The position numbers were made by a program, and so were the translations under genes. Shown here piece by piece: positions 44,914 to 54,261 of a stretch of 64,000 bases of DNA (the stretch's first letter is position 1; every line of letters starts with the position of its first letter). The stretch is from an uncultured Chloroflexaceae bacterium (lineage in GTDB: Bacteria > Chloroflexota > Chloroflexia > Chloroflexales > Chloroflexaceae), in assembly GCA_964526735.1 (NCBI GenBank), contig CAZGLO010000001.1:6214-70213 (forward strand). The letters are read 5' to 3'. The notes beneath the pieces are model-generated. The model searched no databases and had not been told where the DNA came from. It was given only the letters and a program-made list of their open reading frames with translations.

Positions 44914-46032
44914 CTATGGGGTGGCGGTTGTCTGCAGGTAGTGGATGAGCATGCTTGCACTTTGGAAGAACCTATCTGCCCCAACAGCCTTCCACGATGT
45001 GGGGTCTCCCACATAGGCTTGCCCCCCAACGATAACATGGACTGAAAAATCGGGCATAGACCGTACCTCGCGCACCATCGCCGCAACATCTTCTAGATGA
45101 GACACCATGGTGGTGGAAATACAGAGAAATTGCGCGTGGTGCTCGCGCAGGAGTTCTAGGATACCATCTACCGGCGTGTTTGCACCAGTAAAGTACACAT
45201 CCCAACCGTGGATTTCTAGCATATCGGCCAAAATACGGGCACCTATCTCGTGGAATTCATTGGGAGAAGAGGAAACGACAATCGTCCCGTGCTGCCGCGG
45301 AATTTCCAAGATCTTGGGGTAGTGCAGCGAGATGACGCGCTGAGTGATAGACGTGGCAACATGCTCTTGCCCGACCGTGATTTCGCCTTCGGCCCACAGC
45401 CGCCCTACTTCATACAGGGCGGGCGTAATGATGTGTTCCCACCATTCTGGGATATCCCACACCGTCTTGATGTATGCCTGTGATACCTCTACCGCTTTTT
45501 GGGTATTGGGTTCGAGGATGGCATCGAGGTAGGAACGAAAATAGCTCGTCAACGATTCCTCCTCCTCACTACTCGACATGGTTTCTGGTATGCACGAGAG
45601 GACAAAAAATTCAGGATGATGATCGATGAGGGTTTGGTAGAGCGTGAGAAGAGGGTGGTTCGGATCGAGGTGGATGGCGATGGCCCGTTTCCACGTTTCA
45701 AATTCAATAGGGAAGTAGATAGGTGAAAACCCTCGCCCGAACAATGTGGTGTACATCTGGATCATCCCCTGCACCAACGTTGAGCCATCTTGCGTTCTCA
45801 TATGTGTGAGCATAAACTCGCTGTGCGACCAATGATGATGAATCAGCAAGCTCCTCTCGTCGGGGCCAATCAAATATTGAAGATCCTCCCGCTTCTCAAT
45901 CTCGCGCGCGACCGATTGGATCAGTTGGGGAAGTCGTTCTTCATAGTCGCGTATCGCATTGGCGTCAATGCCTGCGAGGATCATAGAACAAAATGTGGAT
46001 ACGTGGTGCACCACTGGCTCACCTTGGCTCAT
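44914..46032 (-). CDS. Cobalamin-binding protein with CarH-type B12-binding_2 plus B12-binding domains and an unassigned N-terminal domain
   Basis: LWAEGEITVGQEH (W-x9-EH) and NEFHEIG ((D/E)xHxxG) are followed by a Rossmann-like ..VYFTGANTP..FLCISTTM..VIVGG. The start is uncertain: the maximal ORF reaches 46224 (GTG), with ATGs at 46134, 46032 and 45984. I chose 46032 because a plus-strand promoter-like TGGTATAAT sits at 46181. Confidence 0.75.
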   Translation of the reverse strand: MSQGEPVVHHVSTFCSMILAGIDANAIRDYEERLPQLIQSVAREIEKREDLQYLIGPDERSLLIHHHWSHSEFMLTHMRTQDGSTLVQGMIQMYTTLFGRGFSPIYFPIEFETWKRAIAIHLDPNHPLLTLYQTLIDHHPEFFVLSCIPETMSSSEEEESLTSYFRSYLDAILEPNTQKAVEVSQAYIKTVWDIPEWWEHIITPALYEVGRLWAEGEITVGQEHVATSITQRVISLHYPKILEIPRQHGTIVVSSSPNEFHEIGARILADMLEIHGWDVYFTGANTPVDGILELLREHHAQFLCISTTMVSHLEDVAAMVREVRSMPDFSVHVIVGGQAYVGDPTSWKAVGADRFFQSASMLIHYLQTTATP

Positions 46033-46180
46033 ACATCGTCTGGTTGAGTATCTCCGATCCTGCACAACACCATGCTTCTCTTTGGAGGAGGTGTGGATGA
46101 GAGATGTTCCGTGTGCCCATTCCCATGGTACCATTTTTTGGAGAGGGGAGAAGACTTTTCGGAAAGCGTGAATGCTACTG

Positions 46181-46189
46181 TGGTATAAT
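46181..46189 (+). promoter_or_regulatory. Candidate extended -10 (TGGTATAAT) for the VanW/GT-C operon
   Basis: Read directly; about 95 nt upstream of the ATG at 46284. Confidence 0.4.
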
Positions 46190-46283
46190 GCGGCGGCACG
46201 ATGCTGTTTTTGTAAAGATACCACAACCTGTTCAACGCAGTCTACCGCACATACCCTGACATATCCAAAACCCTATTATTCAT

Positions 46284-47690
46284 ATGAGGAACCTTATGCG
46301 TCATACCCGCATACTCGTTGTCATTTTCTCTCTTGTAAGTTTGCTCATCTCTACGGCTACATTTGCCCCACGCGCCGTTGCTGCCCCAACGGTTGCCCAA
46401 GAAGGCGAGTTGTTTGCCTACTTCCCGGAGACGGGCCACAATATCAGCTTTGAAATCAAAGATTTTTTTGATGCCAAGGGCGGCGTGGAGGTCTTTGGGC
46501 TGCCCGTCACCGAAGTCATCTCCGATAGCCTCACCGGCGAAACCCTCAACGTCCAATATTTCCAGCGGGCGCGGTTTGAGATCCGCCCCGACCGCCCAAA
46601 GGGAGAACGTATCACGCTCACCCGCCTCGGCTCTTTTTTGACCCATGGGCGGCGGGAAGCAGCATTTCAACGAGTTACCCATTCTCCCGACCCCAACCGC
46701 GACTTCTACCCTGAGACGGGGCATACCTTGGGCGGGGTGTTTCGCGATGTGTGGAGCCAATACGAGAGCTTGACCGTCTTTGGCTACCCCATTTCCGAAG
46801 AATTTCAGGAATATAACCCCGTCGACGGCAAATATTACACCGTCCAATACTTTGAGCGGGCGCGGTTTGAACACCACCCAGAGCATCAAGGCACACCCTA
46901 CGAAGTACAGCTTGGCCATCTTGGCTATGAGCTGCTTGCCTACCACCCGCGGGCGTTGGAAGTCAACCAGCCTGCAGAGCCTATCAAGCTGCTTGGAGAG
47001 GCCAAAACCAGCTATGCCGCCTCTATTGAGGAGCGCATCCACAATATTGGCCAAGCAACGGCTATGTTTAATGGCATGATGATCCCGCGAGGCACCGAAT
47101 TCTCGTTCAATGCGAGTGGTGAGTTTGATGAGGAGCACGGCTTTGTCGATGGCTATGCGATTATCGGTGACCGGCTTGAGCGGGTGGTGGCAGGGGGGCT
47201 GTGCCAAGTCTCCACGACGATGTTCCGCGCGGTGTCAAATGCCGGTCTGCAAATCACCGAGCGCCACGGTCATACCTTCATCGTCAACTTCTACGAGAAT
47301 ATTCTTGGCTTTGATGCGACAGTCTACGATCCGTACGTTGATTTTAAGTGGTACAACGACACCCCCGGGCCGGTCTACATCTCCACCGCGTCCAATGTCA
47401 ACGATGCGACGGTGACGTTCTGGATATGGGGCTATGATGATGGCCGGACGGTCAGCTACGAAGGCCCATATACCGAAAATTGGCAGCAACCCGGCCCCGC
47501 CATCTGGGAGTATGACCCCGATCTGCCGTATGGGGCGGTGCGTCAATTGGTGCATGGCCGCTCTGGCGTCGATGTGACATACATCCGCACGGTGACGATG
47601 CCGAACGGAACGGTATTACACCGCGATACATTCTTTACCCAGTATGAGCCGTGGGCCGACTTCTATATCTACGGCCCCGGTGCACGATAA
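46284..47690 (+). CDS. VanW-family protein with signal peptide and two N-terminal FxETGH...YF(Q/E)RARFE repeats
   Basis: Signal-like ILVVIFSLVSLLISTATFAPRAVAA. VanW core EFSFNASGEFDEEHGFVDGYAI..GGLCQVSTTMFRAV.NAGL.I.ERH.H. Confidence 0.85.
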   Translation: MRNLMRHTRILVVIFSLVSLLISTATFAPRAVAAPTVAQEGELFAYFPETGHNISFEIKDFFDAKGGVEVFGLPVTEVISDSLTGETLNVQYFQRARFEIRPDRPKGERITLTRLGSFLTHGRREAAFQRVTHSPDPNRDFYPETGHTLGGVFRDVWSQYESLTVFGYPISEEFQEYNPVDGKYYTVQYFERARFEHHPEHQGTPYEVQLGHLGYELLAYHPRALEVNQPAEPIKLLGEAKTSYAASIEERIHNIGQATAMFNGMMIPRGTEFSFNASGEFDEEHGFVDGYAIIGDRLERVVAGGLCQVSTTMFRAVSNAGLQITERHGHTFIVNFYENILGFDATVYDPYVDFKWYNDTPGPVYISTASNVNDATVTFWIWGYDDGRTVSYEGPYTENWQQPGPAIWEYDPDLPYGAVRQLVHGRSGVDVTYIRTVTMPNGTVLHRDTFFTQYEPWADFYIYGPGAR

Positions 47691-47696
47691 CACAGA

Positions 47697-49673
47697 ATGA
47701 CAAGCAACCCCCACTCCCCAACCCCCCCGCCGCAATCGGGACAGCAATCATCAACGCAACCAACCCGATCAGCCCGTCTCCTGCATGCCACTGCCATCGT
47801 GTTGTTGGGCGGGGGCGGGCTTGTCCTGCTCCTGATTGGCTATGCGGCATTGAGCGATGGGAAGGCCCATTCGCTCTTGCTGTCATTGCTGCTTGAGATG
47901 AGTACTGACACCCCCTCCACCGCCGACATGCAAGAAAGCCTTATTCTCGTTGGCAGGGAGATGGTGCTTCGGGGCGGGATATTGTTGTTGGCGGGCGGGT
48001 GGCTGTGGGGGAAGCCGTTATTCCCCGCCGCCGCACGTCGCCTCATCACGTGGCTCAATGCGCATCGTCGGTGGGTGCTCATCACCACGATGATGGCGGT
48101 GGCGGTGTTTTGGTTGCCGGTGATATGGGTAGGGTATAGCGCAGATATGGGCGGGGTGCGATATTGGTGGCTCTTTGACGACGCCATGATCTCAATGCGC
48201 TATGCCCGCCATCTTGCCATGGGGGTGGGGCTTGTCTGGAACCCGGGCGAATACATCGAAGGCTATACCAACTTCCTTTGGGTGCTGTGTATGGCGGTGG
48301 TGCATCTTTTCCCCATCTCCCTCGCCAAAACCTCACTGGTGATGCTGCTCATCAACCTGGCGCTTGCTGTTGCCGCCGTCGTGCCATTGCTGCGCTTGGT
48401 TGAGCTGCTGAACGGCGGGGCGATGGCGCGGGTGTTGGTACTCACCAGCTACGCTCTCAGCCGCAACATCATGTCGTGGACGACCGCCGGTGCAGAGACC
48501 GCGCTCCTCACCCTGATGCTGTTATGGGCAGTGGTGTGGGCATTGGAAGACCGCAATCAGCAGCAGATACGGTTGCGGACGTTCGTTTTGCTTGGCACGA
48601 TGACCCTCGTGCGGTCGGACGCGGTGATATTGGCGGGGCTTGTCGCGCTCATCTCCCTCGAAACGCTATGGAAACACCGTACCCGCGCTTTCCTGCTGAC
48701 GTTCGGCGCATATGTTGCTGTTTTGCTTGCCTTCCCGATAGGCCATACGCTCTTCCGGCTTGCCTACTACGGCGAATTGCTACCCAATACCGCTTATCTC
48801 AAGGTACTCAACTGGGATGAGAAGTACATCTATGGTCTTGCCTATGTAGCCCGCTTCCTGACCGACTATTTGTTTGTTTGTCTGCTGGCGTTGGCGAGGA
48901 CAGTCGTATCGCGGTCGCGGGTATGGTGGTGGCTTTTCGGCCTCTGCGCGCTCTTCGCGGGGTATGTGGCCTACGCAGGCGGCGATGTCTTCCTCCAATA
49001 TCGTTTCCTCGTGCCCATTATCCCGATCATCTTCGTGCTGGCATTTGTAGGCGTGCAGCAATTGGCGGTGCGTCCATCATTGCGCATGGTGTTGGTGGCA
49101 TTGAGCCTCGCCACGATACCGCTGATGGTGCCGGGCGAGACAACGCCACTCTACAGCCGTGAGAAGGCCATTGGCAACATCAAAATCGCCCTGCTGCTGA
49201 AGGAGAACGTACCGCCAGAAACACGAGTCGCCGATTTTTGGGCCGGCCTCCCGTTCTACCACTCCGATGTGTATGGGATCGACCTGCTTGGCAAGAACGA
49301 CCCCTACATCGCCCAACTGCCCGCAGAGCATGGCGGTGTCCCTGGCCATAACAAGTACGATTTTGATTACTCGCTTGGCGAATTGCACCCCGACATCGTC
49401 ATAGGGACGTTCCGTGTGCCCGTTGATGAGGAGGAAGAGGAGCAACTCCGCGAATATGTGGATAGTATTGCGCCATGGCGTGGTGCTCTCTACTTCAATG
49501 AGACCTTCCGAACGCATTGTCTGCCCTACCCCATCCCCGTCGGCACGTGGCGGACGCTCTTTGCCTGCGATTGGTCGCCCTACGTGGAGAGGCGGGAAGA
49601 GTGGACGGTGCCGTTTGAGCCGTTTGCCGAGCCGGAAGAGAACAACGAAAACCATTCCAAATCGCCATTTTGA
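47697..49673 (+). CDS. Large polytopic membrane protein, probable GT-C glycosyltransferase (paralog of 27725..30169)
   Basis: [38 protein letters not shown] and C-terminal [10 protein letters not shown] parallel the motifs in the 814-aa protein. The ATG lies 7 nt after the VanW stop. Confidence 0.7.
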   Translation: [658 protein letters not shown]

Positions 49674-49703
49674 CCATATCCAGCCGCTCAACCACTCTAC
49701 CAC

Positions 49704-51359
49704 CTACTCCTGGCGTGGGGTAAGGTAGCTACTCCACTCATCCTCGTACCGCACCTCCCACTCGGAACGCTCTTGCAGGGCTTGTAGCAATGGAGCTTGT
49801 TCTTCCTTGTGCAGCAGAAAGCCATCTATCTCATATTTGGCAATCAATTCGTCTATCTTTTCCCCGCTGTTGAGCGTCCGATAGTCAATCCACTGCTCAA
49901 AGGGGTAAAGCTCAATGCGCGTGTCGATAAAGACGGGTTGTTCGGGCGCAGCCCACATCATATAACTGCCAAACCGCATCGCGTGGTAGAGATGCGCTGG
50001 TCGCTCTGAAGATGGTTCCTCCTGCAGCGCCTCCACCGCCTGAACGGGCGTGTCGGGGGTGATGAGCGACCCAACCTCTGGTGGCAACCCAAGCATCGGC
50101 TTCACCCACGGCAGCCCAACGACAAGAAGCAACCCAAGCATCCCCACAACCAGCGCGTTGATGATGGGCTGCGGCGGGGGCGATGGCTGTGGCGATGAAG
50201 GATGGTGGTGGGTATTTTCACGGCCCGCCATGCCATTGGAGCCAAAATGAACCGCCACAACTGGCGCGAAGACCATCGCAAACCACACGATATTGCGGCC
50301 AGCCCCCAATGCCAGCCATAGGAAGGGCAAAACTATCACCATGTCGGCGATATTTGGCGCACGGCGGGAGTAGGTGAGGATCAAGGTCGTGATAATCAGG
50401 AAAAGGAAAAAGCGTACGCCATCGCCGGTGCGGATCGTCGGCGCGGCCCATTCCGTGACAAGATTGGTGACAGAAGAAGTGTTCAGTAGATCAAAGACAT
50501 ACCCCAAGACGCCAACACCCCGCGGGTTGAGGAACATCGCCGCCGCCGTGATTACTCCCCATACAAACAGCCACCGCAAGGAGACGGTATCGTGCAGGGG
50601 CGGGGCAGGAGGAGCTGTCGCCGCGGCACTGCGTAGGAAGGGAGAGAATAACTTATCAAGCAGCACGCCCACAAACGTCAAGGCAATGAGCGCCCCTCCA
50701 AGCACAAACGACCCGTGCACATTCACCCAGATGATCATCAGCAGCGGCAGCAGCCATAACCAACGATTGATGCCCCACCGCCATAGGGTCAAGATGGTCA
50801 GGAAGCCCATAAAAAGCGGGAATGCATAGCTTTGTGGCCGCACGAGCCAATTATCAAACGAAATGGGCATCACGCCAAGCAGTAGCAAGACGACACTCGC
50901 CTGTATCGCCCCGTTACTGCGCTTGATGCAGAGGGATAGCACAAGCCAATAACTCACCCCAATCACGGCAGCCTGCACCACGAGAATAAGCGGGATATTG
51001 CCAAGCGAATGCAGCCCATAGAGCAGCAATTGAGCAAGCCATCCTTGGTTGTAGAAGGGTTCTCCTGCCTGTGTGTAGGAAAAACTATCGACCGTGGGCA
51101 TGGTGCCAGTCTGCGCGATGAGCCGACCAGTCGCCATGTGCCACCAAAAGTCGTGCGGCGAGATGGGGACGATCAGGGGGCGGAAAAGTATCAATGCCAT
51201 CGCCACCACGACCCAAAGCTGATCGAGGGTCAGGCCAGCAATAGCACGAATAGGTGCTCCCACCCATTTCGTAGGCCAAGAGCGGGGGATGGGGAGATCA
51301 GAATGGTGGGCATTATGGTGTGCATTGCTGTTGTCGGTATTGTCCATAATTGGGTTCAT
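49704..51359 (-). CDS. Polytopic membrane protein (GT-C-like candidate)
   Basis: Start re-picked at ATG 51359 (GAGGAG RBS). PHDFWWHMATGRLI..DSFSYTQAGEPFYNQGWLAQ loop after TM1. About 13 TM segments. Confidence 0.65.
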   Translation of the reverse strand: MNPIMDNTDNSNAHHNAHHSDLPIPRSWPTKWVGAPIRAIAGLTLDQLWVVVAMALILFRPLIVPISPHDFWWHMATGRLIAQTGTMPTVDSFSYTQAGEPFYNQGWLAQLLLYGLHSLGNIPLILVVQAAVIGVSYWLVLSLCIKRSNGAIQASVVLLLLGVMPISFDNWLVRPQSYAFPLFMGFLTILTLWRWGINRWLWLLPLLMIIWVNVHGSFVLGGALIALTFVGVLLDKLFSPFLRSAAATAPPAPPLHDTVSLRWLFVWGVITAAAMFLNPRGVGVLGYVFDLLNTSSVTNLVTEWAAPTIRTGDGVRFFLFLIITTLILTYSRRAPNIADMVIVLPFLWLALGAGRNIVWFAMVFAPVVAVHFGSNGMAGRENTHHHPSSPQPSPPPQPIINALVVGMLGLLLVVGLPWVKPMLGLPPEVGSLITPDTPVQAVEALQEEPSSERPAHLYHAMRFGSYMMWAAPEQPVFIDTRIELYPFEQWIDYRTLNSGEKIDELIAKYEIDGFLLHKEEQAPLLQALQERSEWEVRYEDEWSSYLTPRQE

Positions 51360-51609
51360 CTCCTCAATTGGTGACAAGTAGAAGTGCCAGAGTTCTATCA
51401 AGAAAAACGTCACGATATCGTTTAATTCTACAATCGATAAAGAACGGGGATTGCATGGGGGCATAGAAGCCGTACGGTTAACACAACGATATTTAGCACT
51501 TGTCATTTTGTGATACCCAAAACAGTTGCCGTCCCCCTGCCGTTGTGCTATGATATCGCTATCCTCGCCATACACAATGAATGGTCAGAGATCACGAAAT
51601 AAAGCAATT

Positions 51610-52344
51610 ATGAACAACAAGACGATCACGCCTCCACCCGCCTGCGATTGCACGGTTATTATTCCGACGTACAACGAGCGTGATAACATTGGGGAGATTA
51701 TTCCGGCTATCTTGGCCTACCCGCGGTTTCAGGTGCTCGTGGTAGATGATAATTCGCCGGACGGCACGGGTGACTATGTGAGAGAGCTGCAAGAGGAAAA
51801 CCCACGTGTGGGGTTGCTCTCCCGACCGGGTAAATTGGGGCTTGGGTCGGCCTATATTGCCGGATTTCGGCATGCCCTCGCCGCCGGAGCATCATATATC
51901 TTTGAGATGGACGCCGACTTTTCGCATGATCCTTCCTACCTCCCTACGCTCCTCGACGCGGCAGAGACATCATACGACCTCGTGATCGGCTCGCGCTATG
52001 TGAAGGGCGGTGGGACGACCGATTGGGGGGTGTTGCGGCAGTTGATCAGCCGCGGCGGCAATCTCTACGCGAAGCTCATCCTGTGGATGCCGATTGCTGA
52101 TGGGACGGGAGGATTTCGTTGCTATCGGCGGTCTGTCCTGGAGACGCTTGATTTGGGGGCTATCCGCTCCAATGGCTACTCGTTTCAGATCGAGATGGCC
52201 TACCGCACCGTGCAAGCCGGATGTCGCGTTGGTGAGACACCTATCATCTTTCCCGATAGGCGCGTTGGTAAATCGAAGATGTCGCGCCGCATTGTTGTCG
52301 AAGCCTTGATAAATGTGTGGCGATTGCGTTTGGGGCTTATGTGA
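51610..52344 (+). CDS. Polyprenol-phosphate mannose synthase (DPM1/Ppm1-like GT2)
   Basis: VIIPTYNERDNI, VVDDNSPDGT and EMDADFSHDP are DPM1-family signatures. The start could also be ATG 51577. Confidence 0.9.
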   Translation: MNNKTITPPPACDCTVIIPTYNERDNIGEIIPAILAYPRFQVLVVDDNSPDGTGDYVRELQEENPRVGLLSRPGKLGLGSAYIAGFRHALAAGASYIFEMDADFSHDPSYLPTLLDAAETSYDLVIGSRYVKGGGTTDWGVLRQLISRGGNLYAKLILWMPIADGTGGFRCYRRSVLETLDLGAIRSNGYSFQIEMAYRTVQAGCRVGETPIIFPDRRVGKSKMSRRIVVEALINVWRLRLGLM

Positions 52345-52420
52345 CCATCCCTGCAGGGCGTAGGCCTGTTGGGGGAGAGGCTTCTCTGATTCGGAACCTA
52401 GAAAGTGTCGGGAACACCCC

Positions 52421-53515
52421 ATGGAAGACCAAGACCTTCAGCAAGAATTGACGGGCATACGCGGGCAATATCAACAAGAATACGAGAAGCTTGAGCGCGA
52501 GATCAAAGAGAGTGAGATCAATGCGCAGCAGCTTTCAACCGATATCGAGAAACTCGGCCAACGAGAGGCCAAAGTCTCTGGGCGTGTTCACGACTTTGAG
52601 ACCAACCTCGACCGCTACGAAAAGGCCGATGTCAAGAATATTTACTCATCACTGCTTGATATGCGTGTCCGGTTGCAGATGATGCGCGCCAATCTTGAGC
52701 AGTCAAAACTCAAACAAGAGAGCATGCGAGAACGTAGGGAACTCGTTGGCGATTTTGTTGAGATTCTTGACCAGTTGCTTGAGCTAGGCATTAGCGGCAG
52801 CGGGAATGGTAAGGGCGGGGGGGAGGAAATTAATGAACATGACCTCGTCACAAATATTATTCAGGCGCAGGAAGAGGAAAAAGAACGCATTGCCCTCCAA
52901 ATGCACGACGGCCCTGCTCAGTCGATGAGTAACTTGGTATTGCGTGCAGAAATCTGCCACCGTTTGCTCAACCACAACGCTGATCAAGCCAGCTCTGAGC
53001 TGACGAGCCTCAAAACGGCCATCAACAGCTCGTTGCAAGATATCCGCAAATTTATCTTTGATCTGCGGCCCATGACGCTCGATGACTTGGGGCTTGTCCC
53101 CACCATTCGGCGGTTTGCGTCGGAATTTGGCGAGAGCTACAACATCGAAATCAATGTCATGGAGAATGGGTTGAATGATCGGCTTGCGCGCCACTATGAA
53201 ATCACGCTTTTCCGGTTCATTCAAGAAGCACTCAACAATATTCAGAAGCATTCGCGGGCCAAGAAGGCTCGGGTCGTGCTTACCGCCTCCGAAGGGCAGC
53301 TGCAGATTATTATTGAGGACGAGGGCGAGGGGTTTGATATCAATATCCTCTCCGACAACGCCCACAACCGCCGTAATAAAGGCATCCCCAGTATGAAGCA
53401 GCATATTGAGATGTTGTTGCACGGCGAGCTTGGCATCCAGAGCACGCCCGGCCAAGGAACACGTGTCGTGGCGAATGTCCCCATTCAGTATGATGTTCCC
53501 AACGGGGAAGGGTAA
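52421..53515 (+). CDS. Cytoplasmic HisKA_3-type (DegS/NarX-like) sensor histidine kinase with N-terminal coiled coil
   Basis: H-box RIALQMHDGPAQSMSNL, HATPase GEGF, and GIPSM..L.G.L.I.S.PG.GT. No TM segments and no adjacent LuxR-type regulator. Confidence 0.85.
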   Translation: MEDQDLQQELTGIRGQYQQEYEKLEREIKESEINAQQLSTDIEKLGQREAKVSGRVHDFETNLDRYEKADVKNIYSSLLDMRVRLQMMRANLEQSKLKQESMRERRELVGDFVEILDQLLELGISGSGNGKGGGEEINEHDLVTNIIQAQEEEKERIALQMHDGPAQSMSNLVLRAEICHRLLNHNADQASSELTSLKTAINSSLQDIRKFIFDLRPMTLDDLGLVPTIRRFASEFGESYNIEINVMENGLNDRLARHYEITLFRFIQEALNNIQKHSRAKKARVVLTASEGQLQIIIEDEGEGFDINILSDNAHNRRNKGIPSMKQHIEMLLHGELGIQSTPGQGTRVVANVPIQYDVPNGEG

Positions 53516-53584
53516 ATTGCAGTCTTTGAGAGGCGATAAAGTAGGCACGAGTAGTACTAATAGCAAATTAGGATAATAAGCCTA

Positions 53585-53613
53585 TTGCAAACCGACTATG
53601 AGAGGTGTATACT
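53585..53613 (+). promoter_or_regulatory. Sigma-70-type promoter of flp copy 1 (TTGCAA-17 nt-TATACT)
   Basis: -35 at 53585-53590 and -10 at 53608-53613. The same hexamers, the same 17-nt spacing and a shared CCTATTGCAAA context occur before all three flp genes. Confidence 0.6.
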
Positions 53614-53668
53614 GTGATGTAGTTGCAGTAGTAATATAAAAATCCATTTCGGAAGGGGGTGTACGGAC

Positions 53669-53827
53669 ATGCTGCAGAGTTTCTTTGCGAAGGAAGAAGG
53701 CCAAGGCCTCGTTGAGTACGCGCTCATTCTCGTTCTTATCGCTATTGTTGTTATTGGTATCTTGACGCTACTCGGTGGGAAAGTAAGCCAAGTCTTCGGC
53801 AACATCAACGAAGGATTGGGTACGTAA
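53669..53827 (+). CDS. flp: Flp/Fap-family type IVb (Tad) pilin, copy 1 (52 aa)
   Basis: Not in the ORF track (below 60 aa). MLQSFFAKEEGQGLVEYALILVLIAIVVIGILTLLGGKVSQVFGNINEGLGT has the Flp G/xxxxEY processing motif and a hydrophobic helix. GGAAGGGGG RBS. Confidence 0.85.
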   Translation: MLQSFFAKEEGQGLVEYALILVLIAIVVIGILTLLGGKVSQVFGNINEGLGT

Positions 53828-53856
53828 AGATATCTTCTTATGTAGGTACAACCACG

Positions 53857-53892
53857 AAAGGTCTCGCACATCGGGTGCGGGGCCTTTTGTGC
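53857..53892 (+). terminator. Intrinsic terminator after flp copy 1
   Basis: AAAGGTCTCGCAC / GTGCGGGGCCTTT stem (two G-U pairs) followed by TTTTGT. Confidence 0.65.
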
Positions 53893-54018
53893 ATGTGTGG
53901 CACAGGTAAAACATAACATGTTTGGAGCATGGTGCGGGCGAATATGCATGGGTGTGGGTCAATACTCCCATGATCCCCCCTACTTGCTGGTTTGAGTATA
54001 TTTGGGAAAACACCCCTA

Positions 54019-54047
54019 TTGCAAATCAATAACACATCATATATACT
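54019..54047 (+). promoter_or_regulatory. Sigma-70-type promoter of flp copy 2 (TTGCAA-17 nt-TATACT)
   Basis: -35 at 54019-54024 and -10 at 54042-54047. Confidence 0.6.
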
Positions 54048-54096
54048 AAAACCATACCGTAGTAGTACGAACCCACCTTGAAAGGGGGGCGCACAT

Positions 54097-54261
54097 ATGC
54101 TACAAAGTTTCTTTGCGAAGGAAGAAGGCCAAGGCCTCGTTGAGTACGCACTTATTCTCGTTCTTATCGCCATTGTTGTTATTGGTGCCTTGACAGTTCT
54201 GGGGAACAGAGTTAGTCAAGTCTTCGTCAACATCAACGAGGGATTGAATACAGCTTCCTAG
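54097..54261 (+). CDS. flp: Flp/Fap-family pilin, copy 2 (54 aa, diverged C-terminus)
   Basis: MLQSFFAKEEGQGLVEYALILVLIAIVVIGALTVLGNRVSQVFVNINEGLNTAS. GAAAGGGGGG RBS. Confidence 0.85.
   Translation: MLQSFFAKEEGQGLVEYALILVLIAIVVIGALTVLGNRVSQVFVNINEGLNTAS

Noticed and set aside
46242-47207. 321-aa ORF on the minus strand
   Set aside because: It lies entirely antisense to the VanW gene, which has a signal peptide and clear family motifs. The minus-strand translation has no recognisable motif and an Arg/Gly/Ala-rich shadow-ORF composition typical of GC-rich DNA.
52784-53566. 260-aa minus-strand ORF
   Set aside because: It is antisense to the HisKA_3 kinase gene and has no motifs.
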